Assembly (NCBI GenBank): GCA_963704165.1
Contig: CAVPHD010000004.1
Coordinates: forward strand, 352,001-416,000
Reading direction: 5' to 3'
Origin: an uncultured delta proteobacterium
GTDB taxonomy: Bacteria > Myxococcota_A > UBA9160 > SZUA-336
DNA length: 64,000 nt
The translations under genes were made by a program, and so were the position numbers. Shown here piece by piece: positions 38,869-48,511 of this stretch. Under the pieces are notes generated by a model. That model had not been told where the DNA came from. It saw only the letters and a program-made list of their open reading frames with translations, and ran no database searches. Position 1 is the stretch's first letter. The number at the start of each line of letters is the position of its first letter.

Positions 38869-41590
38869 TCAGTTCGTGAAGGCGGCGAGCCGCGCGGCGA
38901 CTTCGCGCGCGCTGGAGCAGCGCCGTTCCGGGTCCTTCTCGAGCAGATGGAGGATGAGCTCGGCGAGCCCGTCGGGGATGCCCGACGCGCGCTCTCGGGG
39001 ATCGGGTACGGGTGAGTGACGATGGTGGTAGACGACGTCGCCGTCGCGGTACGGGACGCCTCCGGTCGCGAGCTCGAAGAACGTGACACCGAGCGAATAC
39101 AGGTCCGCGCGCGCGTCGACGCTCTCGCCCGCAGCCTGCTCCGGCGCCATGTAGTACGGAGTCCCGCCGATCACCGTCGCGGAGCGGCGCACCTCTTCGA
39201 GCATCTTGGCGAGGCCGAAGTCCATGATCTTCACCACCTTGCCGCGCGTGAAGAACAGGTTCGAGGTCTTGATGTCGCGATGCACGATGCGACGCTCGTG
39301 CGCGTACTCGAGCCCCGCGCAGATCTGCACGCCCAGCCGGGCGCAGTCGCGCGGCGAGAGCCGCCCGGCGCGACGCAGGATCACGTGCAGGGGCTCGCCC
39401 TCGAGCAGCTCCATCGTGATGAAGAACGTGCCGTCTTCCTGATCCGCGTCGTGGATCGTCACGATGTTCGGGTGATTCAAGGCGGCGGCGGCGCGCGCCT
39501 CGCGCAGGAAGAGCTCGACGGCGGTCGGATGGTCGCGCAGGTTGTCGGGCAGGCGCTTCAGCGCGACCTCGCGGCCGAGACGTCGATCGCGCGCGCGGAA
39601 GACCACGCCCATTCCGCCGGCGCCGATCTGCTCCAGGATCTCGTAGCGGCTCTCGGCCGAGGCCTGCGCGCGCCGCCCGGACGACGCTCGACCCGAACCG
39701 GCCGATCGGTCCGCCGGAGATCCGCTTGCGCAGCCCCTCGATCCGCGTCGAGAGCTCTGGCCAGGTCGGCTCCTCCTCGCGCAGCTTCTCGAGCGATTCG
39801 AGCGCGCGCGGAAGATCTCCGCTGCGCTCCCAGAGCTCGGACAGACGTGAGCGCAGCTCGGGTGCGGCGCTCGGGGCGTCGGAACGCTCCAGCCGCTCGT
39901 GAAGCTTGTGAGCGGCGAGGTCGACGTGCCCTTCGGCTTCGAGCGCATCGACCAGCATCAGACACGCTCGCGTGTAGTTCGGATCGCCCGGCAGAACCTG
40001 CTGGAGCAGCTTGATCGCGCGACTCCGGTCGTCGCGATCGCGCGCGAGCGCGGCGGCATCGAAGTGCTCTCCGCGGCGCTCGAGGACGCCGATCACACGG
40101 TCCGCGTCCTCGGCCTCGCGGTAGCAGTCGAGCGCGCGGTCGAGCTCCGATGCCGCTTCGTACGCCTGCCCGGCGCGGACCGGGTCGCCCGCGCGGCGGT
40201 ACATGTCGCCGGCACGCACGGGCTCGCCCGCCTTCTCGTAGAGCGAAGCCGCCTGCGCCCAGTCCTCGAGCTCCTCGCGCAGGCGAGCCGCTTCGCGGGA
40301 AGTGCCCGGCGTACTCGAAGTGCTCCGCCGCGCGCGAGCGGTTGCTCTGCTCGACGTGCATCCGCGCGAGCAGGAGGTTCGAGACCTTGTCCTGTCCCTC
40401 GCGCGCGAGCGCGCGCGCGGCCGATTGGCACGTCGCCCTGCAGGTACGGCGCGACGGCGGGCGGGCAGCCCTTGAAGAGCACGCCCTCGGACACGCCGAG
40501 GTCCACCTCGACGATCCGCGTCGCGTAGTCGTCGACGTCGACCTCGCGCTCCGCGACCCGGTCGCCGGAGCCGACCGCGATCACGTGGCGACCCATCGGC
40601 AGGCCGATGCGTACCGACTGTCCGCGCGTGTGACGCAGCGTGTCTGGACGACCGTGGGCCGAGATCGTGCACTCGCGCACGGTCTGGCGGTCCCAGACGA
40701 CTCGAACCTCGACCGGGCAGGAGCGTGGCCGCAGGTCGAACTCGAGGCGGTGCGTGTCGCGGCTGCGCACGTGGATGAGCTGGGATTCGAAGGGCTGCTC
40801 GATCGGCTCGTCGCCCGAACCCGAGAACAGATCGCCATCGACCGTGATCCAGTAGCGCCCGGGAGTGAGCCCTCGGAACTGCGTCTCTCGCGCCACCAGA
40901 TAGTGTTCGGTCCGTGACGAGACCTTGCCGTGCGTCGCTTCGCGCTCGCCGCGGGGCGCCCGCCCGGTCCGGGGTTTTCCGTGCGAGAGCGTGACCGTGA
41001 AGCTGCCGCGCAGGTCGTCGGGGTAGGCGATGCAGACCACCAGGTCTCCACGGCCGCGAACGGTGCGCAGGACGACGAGCGCGACGACGAGTCCGAGCAG
41101 CGCTGCGAGCAAGCTGCGCCGTCCGGTCGGTTCAGTCGCGAAATCCGCGATCGGCAGCATTCGGCGCTGCCATTCGCCGGGAACCGCTCCCCAGGCGCGC
41201 TTCAGGGCCGTCTCGATCTCGGGCGACCAGCGCTGCCAGCTCTCCTCGACCCATGCGCGCATGTTCGGCGCCGACGAGGCGATCGAGCTCGCCGAACGAC
41301 GGGGGCCCGGGCGGCGTTGCGGGGATGTACGGCCGGGACGGAATCCTGCGCGGGCGACTCGAGGCTCGATCCGAGCGCGGATCCCGGGCGCCGTCCGTCG
41401 CCGCGTCGTCCGCCCCTTGCCCCATGTCGAGCAGGTTCCAGCTTCGCGAAGGCGCCTCGGGTTCCCGAGCGATCGATTCGGTCACCACCGGTTCGGCGGC
41501 GGACTCCTCCCCGCGCGCCGGCAGAACGGCGAGAAACCAGGCGGCGGCAAGCAGGATTGCCGCCGATCTTGCGTGTCTCGTGATGCGCAT
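38869..41590 (-). CDS. Membrane-anchored Ser/Thr protein kinase with TPR-like repeats, about five apparent frameshifts
   Basis: Pieces across frames: signal-like N-terminus (MRITRHARSAAILL), TM LLAALLGLVVALVVL, helical repeats (AASLYEKAG, AGQAYEAA), Hanks kinase IGAGGMG / VALK / HRDIKTSN / DFG / YMAPE. Confidence 0.82.
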
Positions 41591-41603
41591 CGCGCCAGAC
41601 GAT

Positions 41604-41631
41604 TCTTCGGTGCCGCGCGGACTTCGATTGA
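41604..41631 (-). promoter_or_regulatory. sigma-28-like promoter TCAA-N16-ACCGAAGA
   Basis: Reverse-strand reading, 13 nt upstream of the kinase ATG at 41590. Confidence 0.45.
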
Positions 41632-41685
41632 GTGGTCGCCGCCTCGCCCGAACCCGGGCTACGATGGTTCGGGGAGCCTGGCCGA

Positions 41686-43110
41686 ATGCGGGAACGGACC
41701 TTCCTGACACAAGAAATCGATCGAGGTCCGTCGGGGCCGAAGATCGGTGCGTTCTTCGACGTGGACGGCACCCTCCTCGCGGGCTTCTCGGCCATCGCGT
41801 TCTGGCGGGACCGGCTGCTCTCGGGACAGATGAGCCTGTCCGACGTTTCCGAGAACCTGCTCGCGTTCGTCGGTTTTCAGCGCGGGCGGGTGGGGTTCTC
41901 CGGCATGCTCGCCGCGTGGTCCGGAATCCTGCGCGGCACACCGGAGCAGGATCTCGTCGCGACGGGCGTGCGGCTCTTCGACTCCGAACTCGCCGCACTC
42001 GTGTATCCCGAATCGCGAGCGCTCGTCACCGCGCACCTGCGTCGGGGCCACACCGTGGCGATCGTGTCGGCAGCGACGCGCTACCAGGTCGAGCCGCTCG
42101 CGCGGGATCTCGGCATCGAGCACGTGCTCTGCACGCGGCTCGAGGTCGAGGACGGGAAGTTCACCGGGCGCTACATCTCGCCGCCGTGCTGGGGCGAGGG
42201 CAAGGCCAGCGCGGTGCGGGAGCTCGCGTCGCGCGACGGTGTAGACCTCGAGCAGAGCTACTTCTACAGCGACGCCGCCGAGGATCTGCCGCTCTTCGAG
42301 ATCGTCGGGCGGCCGCGGCCGACCAATCCCGACGCGAGGCTCGCGCGCATCGCCGAGCGGCGCACCTGGCCGGTGCGGAAGTTCAAGAGCCGCGGGCGTC
42401 CCGGAGTCGCGGAGGTCGTGCGCACGATCCTCGCCACGACGTCGGGCGCGACCGCGTTTCTGCTCGGACTGCCGCTCGCATTCGTGACCGGGCGGCCGAA
42501 GGAGCTCTTCGACTTCTCGCTCGCCGCCTGGGGCGATCTCGGCACCGCGCTCGCCGGAATCGAGCTCGCCGTCGAGGGCGAGGAGCACCTGTGGTCGGAC
42601 CGCCCGGCGGTCTTCATCTTCAACCACCAGAGCGCGATCGACGTGCTGCTGCTCTGCAAGCTCCTGCGCCGCGACTTCGTCGGCGTGGCGAAGAAGGAGC
42701 TGCGGCGCGTGCCGTTCCTCGGGTCGTTCGCACGCTTCTCGGGCACGGTCTTCATCGACCGCGCGAACTCCACGCTCGGCGATCCGCGCGCTCCAGCCCG
42801 CCGTCGAACGCGCTCCGCCGCGGCACCTCGCTCGCGATCGCGCCCGAGGGCACGCGCACGCCGACGCCGCGGCTCGCACCCGTTCAAGAAGGGCGCCTTC
42901 CACATGGCGATGCAGGCGCGCGTGCCGATCGTGCCGATCGTGATCAAGAACGCGCTCGACGCGCTGCCCAAGCACGGGCTCGTGATCCGCCCGGCCCGAA
43001 TCGAGGTCGTCGTGCATCCGCCGATCTCGACGCGCGGCTGGGTGCGCGAGGACATCGACCTGCACATCGCCGAGGTGCGCAGGCTGTACGAGGAGACGCT
43101 CTCGGACTGA
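41686..43110 (+). CDS. HAD-IB phosphatase / lysophospholipid acyltransferase fusion
   Basis: FFDVDGTL, YSDAAEDLP, NHQSAID, FKKGAF. The PEGTR motif is out of frame at about 42780-42880, consistent with compensating indels. Confidence 0.9.
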   Translation: MRERTFLTQEIDRGPSGPKIGAFFDVDGTLLAGFSAIAFWRDRLLSGQMSLSDVSENLLAFVGFQRGRVGFSGMLAAWSGILRGTPEQDLVATGVRLFDSELAALVYPESRALVTAHLRRGHTVAIVSAATRYQVEPLARDLGIEHVLCTRLEVEDGKFTGRYISPPCWGEGKASAVRELASRDGVDLEQSYFYSDAAEDLPLFEIVGRPRPTNPDARLARIAERRTWPVRKFKSRGRPGVAEVVRTILATTSGATAFLLGLPLAFVTGRPKELFDFSLAAWGDLGTALAGIELAVEGEEHLWSDRPAVFIFNHQSAIDVLLLCKLLRRDFVGVAKKELRRVPFLGSFARFSGTVFIDRANSTLGDPRAPARRRTRSAAAPRSRSRPRARARRRRGSHPFKKGAFHMAMQARVPIVPIVIKNALDALPKHGLVIRPARIEVVVHPPISTRGWVREDIDLHIAEVRRLYEETLSD

Positions 43111-43134
43111 CGGAGCGCCGAAGTGAGACGGCTC

Positions 43135-43162
43135 ACAAGCGGAGAGCCGGATCGAACGATAC
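43135..43162 (+). promoter_or_regulatory. Possible sigma-28-like promoter ACAA-N16-AACGATAC
   Basis: Direct reading, 32 nt upstream of the membrane-protein ATG. Confidence 0.3.
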
Positions 43163-43194
43163 GCTGAGCAGAGCACACCCGCGCGCGGACCGTC

Positions 43195-44061
43195 ATGACG
43201 ACCCTCACGACCACGCCAGCCTCCTCGTCCAGACATCGGCTCGACGCCGCGCCGCCGCGCGTGGTGCTGCTGCCCGTCGTGACGACGCTGTGCGCGATTG
43301 GCGTAGTCCTCGGGTTCCTCGCCCGCGACGAGATGTACGTCACTCCCGATGCCGGACTCGGGTACGGACTCGGAGTCGCGGGACTGTGCGCGCTCTGCTC
43401 GCTCCTGCTCTACTCGCTGAGGAAGCGCGCGCGCTCTCTTCGGTCGTGGGGGGCTCTCCGGCACTGGTTCCACGTCCACATGATGCTCGGAGTGGTCGGT
43501 CCCACGCTGGTCCTCTTCCACGCCAACTTCGAAGTGCACTCGACGAACGCGGCGGTCGCTCTCGGAGCGATGGTGATCGTCGCCGCCAGTGGCTTCGTCG
43601 GGCGATTCGCCTACTCGCGCGTTCATCTGGGATTGTTCGGCCAGCGCGAGACCCTCCGCGACGTCAGCGCGCGAGCGGATGCGAGCCGCAGCGCGCTTCA
43701 CACCGCGCTGCGCGCCGTTCCGGAAGTCGAACTTTGCGTTCGCGAGTTCGAGCAGCGGGCGCTCGCTCGGTCCGGTGGGGTTCTGGCCGAGCTCTGGCGC
43801 GCGGTCGAGCTCGGCCGACAAACGCGTTCGATCCGACGGCGCGCGCGAGCGATGCTTCGCCAGGCTTCGCCGGCTGCTCTGCCGGCGGGTGCGAGTGCGG
43901 TCTCTCGCGGTCTCGACACCCACCTCGCACTGGTGCGGCGCGTGGCGGAGTTCGGTTTCTACGAGGGCGTTCTGTCCCTCTGGCACGCGCTGCACGTTCC
44001 GCTCGGCGTCGTGCTCTACATCGCGGCGGCGATTCATGTGATCGCCGTGCATCTCTACTGA
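43195..44061 (+). CDS. Inner-membrane His-rich protein of multiheme cytochrome cluster (cytochrome b/ferric-reductase-like)
   Basis: About five hydrophobic segments with TM His residues: WFHVHMMLG, LVLFHANF, WHALHVPL, IHVIAVHLY. Confidence 0.75.
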   Translation: MTTLTTTPASSSRHRLDAAPPRVVLLPVVTTLCAIGVVLGFLARDEMYVTPDAGLGYGLGVAGLCALCSLLLYSLRKRARSLRSWGALRHWFHVHMMLGVVGPTLVLFHANFEVHSTNAAVALGAMVIVAASGFVGRFAYSRVHLGLFGQRETLRDVSARADASRSALHTALRAVPEVELCVREFEQRALARSGGVLAELWRAVELGRQTRSIRRRARAMLRQASPAALPAGASAVSRGLDTHLALVRRVAEFGFYEGVLSLWHALHVPLGVVLYIAAAIHVIAVHLY

Positions 44062-45630
44062 GTGCGCGCGAACGCACTCGCGAGTCGGCTGGCACTCGTC
44101 GTCGGTCTCTTGGCTTCGAGCGCCGGCGCGCAGACGTTCGAGCGACTCGTGATGCCCGGAGTGCTCTCGAAGGCTCACGCGGACCTCGAGTCCGACTGTT
44201 CGAAGTGCCACACGCCCTTCAAGCGCGCGGAGCAGTCGGAGCTCTGCCTCGGCTGCCACGACCACCAAGCGGTCGCAGCCGACATTCGCGACAAGCGGGG
44301 ATTCCACGGGACGGCTCCCCCCGTCGAAGGCGCCGAGTGCAGATCGTGTCATCCGGAGCACAAGGGGCGCGACGCCGACATCATCGGTCTCGAGCGGAGC
44401 TCCTTCCCCCACGACTTCACCGACTACCCGTTGCGCGGTGCGCACGTGCGGGTCTCCTGCGAAGGATGTCACGACCCGGACAAGGCCTTCCGCGACGCAC
44501 GCGCGAGCTGTGCCGACTGCCACGCCGCGGCGGACGTGCACCGCGGGGAGCTCGGAAAGGACTGCGAAAGCTGTCACACGGAAGAGCGCTGGCGAGAGGC
44601 TCGATTCGACCACGGCAAGACGAAATTCCCTCTCGAAGGAAAGCACCGGGACGTCGCGTGCGCGCTTTGCCACGCGGGCGAGCGCTATTCGGGAATACCG
44701 ATGGACTGCGTCGGCTGTCATCGCGTGGATGACGTCCACCGGGGTCGATTCGGCGACGCGTGCGAGAGCTGTCATACGAGCGGCCAGTGGAAGACGCAGA
44801 ACTTCGACCACGCAGGAAAGACCCGGTTCCCACTCACCGGCAAGCATGCGAAGGTGCCTTGCGAGGGCTGTCATCCGGACGGCCTGGTCGATCAGAAGCT
44901 CGAGCTGAACTGCCTCTCGTGTCACCGCGGAGACGACGTCCACGACGGACGAAACGGCGCCGACTGCGAGCGATGCCACGGAACATCTGCCTGGAAGCCC
45001 GCGACGTTCGATCACGATCGGAACACGGAGTTTCCGCTTCACGGAGCCCATCGAGAAGTGAGCTGTGCGGCCTGTCACACGAAGCCGGTGCATCAACAGA
45101 AGCTGGGTTCGACCTGCATCGCCTGTCACGTCGCGGACGACGTGCACAAAGAGCAGCTCGGCGGCGACTGCGGCCGCTGTCACGGCGAGATCAGCTGGAA
45201 GGAGAAGGTCAGGTTCGATCACGACCTGGCGCGTTTTCCATTGCTCGGGCTGCACGCCGTCGTCGCATGCGAGGAGTGCCACTCGACCGGGGTCTATCGC
45301 GATACGGAGCAGAAGTGCGTCGCCTGCCACGCGCGGCAAGACGTGCACGAGGACCGGCTGGGTCCGAAGTGCGAGGTCTGCCACACCCCCAACGGCTGGA
45401 AGGTCTGGAAGTTCGACCACGCCACGCAGACGAAGTTCCCGCTCCGGGGCGGCCACTCTCAAGTGGCGTGTGAGACCTGCCACGTCGAGCCGGTCGCGAC
45501 CAAGCCCTCTCTCTCGACCGGATGCGACTCCTGTCACGGCGCGGAGGATCCCCACCGAGGTGCGTTCGGAAGGAACTGCGAGCGCTGTCACGGCGAGCAG
45601 TCGTGGAGAGACGTGAGGATCGCGCGCTGA
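44062..45630 (+). CDS. Periplasmic multiheme cytochrome c with 21 CxxCH motifs (seven triheme modules)
   Basis: Signal peptide ending AGA. 21 CxxCH counted by hand. Repeating FDH..T.FPL.G.H..V.C unit. Confidence 0.95.
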   Translation: MRANALASRLALVVGLLASSAGAQTFERLVMPGVLSKAHADLESDCSKCHTPFKRAEQSELCLGCHDHQAVAADIRDKRGFHGTAPPVEGAECRSCHPEHKGRDADIIGLERSSFPHDFTDYPLRGAHVRVSCEGCHDPDKAFRDARASCADCHAAADVHRGELGKDCESCHTEERWREARFDHGKTKFPLEGKHRDVACALCHAGERYSGIPMDCVGCHRVDDVHRGRFGDACESCHTSGQWKTQNFDHAGKTRFPLTGKHAKVPCEGCHPDGLVDQKLELNCLSCHRGDDVHDGRNGADCERCHGTSAWKPATFDHDRNTEFPLHGAHREVSCAACHTKPVHQQKLGSTCIACHVADDVHKEQLGGDCGRCHGEISWKEKVRFDHDLARFPLLGLHAVVACEECHSTGVYRDTEQKCVACHARQDVHEDRLGPKCEVCHTPNGWKVWKFDHATQTKFPLRGGHSQVACETCHVEPVATKPSLSTGCDSCHGAEDPHRGAFGRNCERCHGEQSWRDVRIAR

Positions 45631-45642
45631 CCTTCGCCTGAC

Positions 45643-47208
45643 TCAGAACAGGCCGAGCAATCCTCGGCTCTTCCCGGATTCGGTCTCGAGATAGCTTGCG
45701 ATCTCTGGATGGCCGGCCTGACGGGCCTGCGCTGCCGCGGTGAGGCCGATCTCGTTCTTTGCGCCGATGCGTACGTCTCGCCGGACCAGAAGCTCCACGA
45801 CCGCCTGATGTCCCGACGCTGCTGCAAACATCAGGGCCGTGTCGCGACGTTGCCCACGCGCATCGGGATCCGCATTCGCGTCGAGGAGGGCTTTGGCGGT
45901 CGCGAGCTGCCCGTTGCTCGCGGCGAGCATGAGCGCGGTGTTCCCCAGGCGGTTGGGTGCGTCGATCCCGGCACCGCGGTCGAGCAGGGCGCGCACGGTG
46001 ACGACATCGCCCGCGGCCGCAGCACGCGAGAGCACGGGCGTCCCATCCGCGCAGATCGTCGCGGTCGAGGCGCCGTGTTCGACGAGGGCGGCGGAGATCG
46101 CCGGGCGTTGACCGCGCAGCGCCAGACACAGCATCGACTCGCCAGAGTCGTCACGCCTCTCCGCTCGTGCTCCGAGAGCGAGCAGCGCGCGCGCGGCATC
46201 GGAGCTTCCAGAGCGTATCGCGTAGACGAGAGGCGGGATCCCGTCCGCGTCCGGATCGTCGGGACGGGCACCTGCGCGGACGAGAAGCTGGACGATCTCG
46301 GCCGAGCCGTGACTTGCGGCCCAGCCGAGCGGGGTTCGTCGCGCGCCATCGACGGCGTTCGGATTTGCGGAGTTCTCCAGCAATACGCTGACCGTGCTCA
46401 CGTGGCCTTCGCTCGAAGCGAGGGACAGCGCGTTCCGGCCATCTGCCGCGCGAGCGCGGAGGTCCGCGTGCGCGCGCACGAGCGCGGAGACGATCTCGGC
46501 GTGGCCGTTGCGTGCGGCTGCGAGCAGGGGGGTGTCACCTGCATCGTCGCGCACCTCGAGCGAGACCCTTCGCGCGATCAGACCGAGGGCGAGGTCGGTC
46601 TCGCCACGCCTCGAAGCGACGACGAGCGCGTCGGTTCCGTCGTGGGTCTCCGCCAACCAGGCCGCGGAATCCGCCGCACGCACCGACGCGGGAACGGGCT
46701 GCGGCGCCGCCCGCGTCTTTGCCCGCGCGCGTTCCTTGGCGGGTGCCGGGCTCCGAGCAGTTCTCGCCTGCGCGTCCTCGGGCTCCGCCTCGAGTTCGTC
46801 GAGCTTCGCGATCGCCCCCGCGTGTCCCTGATCCGCGGCCGCCCGAAACCAGCGCAACGCGGCCTTCCGATCGCGCTTCGTTCCCCAGCCGTCGCGATAC
46901 AGTCCAGCGACACAGAATTGTGACCGAGCATCGCCGCTCTCTGCCGAGGTGAGCCACCAATGGAACGCCTGCTCGGGGTTCTGCTTCACGCCGCGTCCCG
47001 AGCGATACAGCGAGCCGAGCTGGTATTGCGCGTCGGGATCTCCCTTCTCGGCGAGTACGCTCCAGAGAGTCGCCGCGCGTTCGAAGTCGCGCAGGCGAGC
47101 CGCCAGACGGGCGTCCTCCGCCGGGTCGGCGAGAGAGGTCGAGGCGGTCGAGAGCGCCACGGCCACCACCACGAGAAGCGCCCAGACGCTAGTGAAGTGG
47201 TGTGCCAC
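45643..47208 (-). CDS. Exported Sel1-repeat plus ankyrin-repeat protein
   Basis: Signal peptide. Sel1 repeats (AQYQLGSLYRSGRGV, WFRAAADQGH). Ankyrin repeats (GDTPLLAAARNGH, GNTALMLAASNG). GTG 47208 is the probable start. Confidence 0.9.
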   Translation of the reverse strand: MAHHFTSVWALLVVVAVALSTASTSLADPAEDARLAARLRDFERAATLWSVLAEKGDPDAQYQLGSLYRSGRGVKQNPEQAFHWWLTSAESGDARSQFCVAGLYRDGWGTKRDRKAALRWFRAAADQGHAGAIAKLDELEAEPEDAQARTARSPAPAKERARAKTRAAPQPVPASVRAADSAAWLAETHDGTDALVVASRRGETDLALGLIARRVSLEVRDDAGDTPLLAAARNGHAEIVSALVRAHADLRARAADGRNALSLASSEGHVSTVSVLLENSANPNAVDGARRTPLGWAASHGSAEIVQLLVRAGARPDDPDADGIPPLVYAIRSGSSDAARALLALGARAERRDDSGESMLCLALRGQRPAISAALVEHGASTATICADGTPVLSRAAAAGDVVTVRALLDRGAGIDAPNRLGNTALMLAASNGQLATAKALLDANADPDARGQRRDTALMFAAASGHQAVVELLVRRDVRIGAKNEIGLTAAAQARQAGHPEIASYLETESGKSRGLLGLF

Positions 47209-48511
47209 GTTTCGTCTCCGTCTCGATTCCGATCGCTTGCAGGAACGCGGTTGGCAGCACACCCCCCACGCAAACGATCACGGCGTCGCTCGCGACGTCT
47301 TCGATCCCGTCTCCGGTCTCAAGTACCGCGACGCCCGGGCGGATCTCGACGACCGTGGAGCCGAGCCGAACGAACAGCTGACCCGAATCGCGCGCAGCTT
47401 CGACACGGGCGCGGTTTGCCGGCTTCACGCGCGAGAACGCATCTCCCCGGTAAGAAAGCGTGACGCGAGTGCCGGGCTCGCTCGCGAGGCCCAGCGCCGC
47501 CTCGAGCGCGCTGTCTCCGCCGCCGACGACGAGTACGCTCTGACCGCGGTACTGCTCCGGATCGACGAGCCGGTAGACGACGTGCGGCGACTCCTCTCCG
47601 GGAACTCCGAGCTTCGCGGGCGTTCCGCGACGACCGATCGCGAGCACGAGCGTTCGCGCGAGGTGACTCGAACGCGAGGTCCTCACTTCGAAGCCGGTTT
47701 CCACTCGTCCGACGGCCTCGACGCGTTCCTGGTAACGGACGTCGAGGCCGGTCCCTCGAACGACATCGGTGAAGAGCTGGAGCAGCGACTCCTTGCTGAT
47801 CTCGCCCGTCGGGATCCGACCGTACAGAGGCAAGGTGCAGGCGGACGTCATGACGATCTTGCCTCGGGGATAGTGCGCGACCGTTCCACCCAGGCTCTCC
47901 TGCTCGATCGTCGCGAACCGAAGACCCTTCTCCTTCGCGGCGAGCGAGGCCGAGAGACCGGCGGGTCCGGCGCCGACGATCAAGACGTCGAGAACCTCGT
48001 CCGAGGTGCGCCCGTCGAGAGCTCCGACGACCGACTCGATCACCTGTCGGCCCTGCTCGATGGCATTCCGGATCAGGCCCATTCCTCCGAGCTCGCCGGC
48101 CACGAAGATACCCGGCACAGCGGTCTGGAAGTCGGGGCCGAGGCGCGGGATCTCGACTCCGCGACTCTCGGTTCCCAACACGAGCGTGATCGCGTCGAAC
48201 GGGCAGGCGGTCTGGCACGCGCCGTGACCGATGCAGTGCGTGGGGTTCACGAGCACGGCCTTTCCGCGCACGAGACCCAGCACGTTCTCCTCCGGGCAGG
48301 CTTTCACGCACGAGCCGCAGCCGAGACAGCGATTCGGATTGATCGAAGGGTGAAGCGACGCGGGCTCGGTGAGCTTCGATGCGATGGCTTCGCGAAGCGT
48401 CGCAGCGCTTCGGCGCTCCATTCTTCGCCTCGACGCGGAGTATCCGGCGAGCGCGAGCCCGAACGGGACGAGATAGAGCAGAACGAAGACGGAAGACGAC
48501 TCAGAAATCAT
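47189..48511 (-). CDS. Membrane-anchored ferredoxin (two Fe-S motifs) fused to a TrxB/YpdA-like FAD/NAD(P)H oxidoreductase
   Basis: N-terminal TM, CLGCGSCVKACP, CIGHGACQTACP, GAGPAG, GGGDSALEAA, SYRG. No redox CxxC. Confidence 0.9.
   Translation of the reverse strand: MISESSSVFVLLYLVPFGLALAGYSASRRRMERRSAATLREAIASKLTEPASLHPSINPNRCLGCGSCVKACPEENVLGLVRGKAVLVNPTHCIGHGACQTACPFDAITLVLGTESRGVEIPRLGPDFQTAVPGIFVAGELGGMGLIRNAIEQGRQVIESVVGALDGRTSDEVLDVLIVGAGPAGLSASLAAKEKGLRFATIEQESLGGTVAHYPRGKIVMTSACTLPLYGRIPTGEISKESLLQLFTDVVRGTGLDVRYQERVEAVGRVETGFEVRTSRSSHLARTLVLAIGRRGTPAKLGVPGEESPHVVYRLVDPEQYRGQSVLVVGGGDSALEAALGLASEPGTRVTLSYRGDAFSRVKPANRARVEAARDSGQLFVRLGSTVVEIRPGVAVLETGDGIEDVASDAVIVCVGGVLPTAFLQAIGIETETKRGTPLH

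Noticed and set aside
41659..45591. 1310-aa minus-strand ORF and other long overlapping ORFs (41253-44732, 30246-32474, 53031-55319)
   Set aside because: These are shadow frames of well-supported genes in high-GC DNA, with no recognisable motifs.
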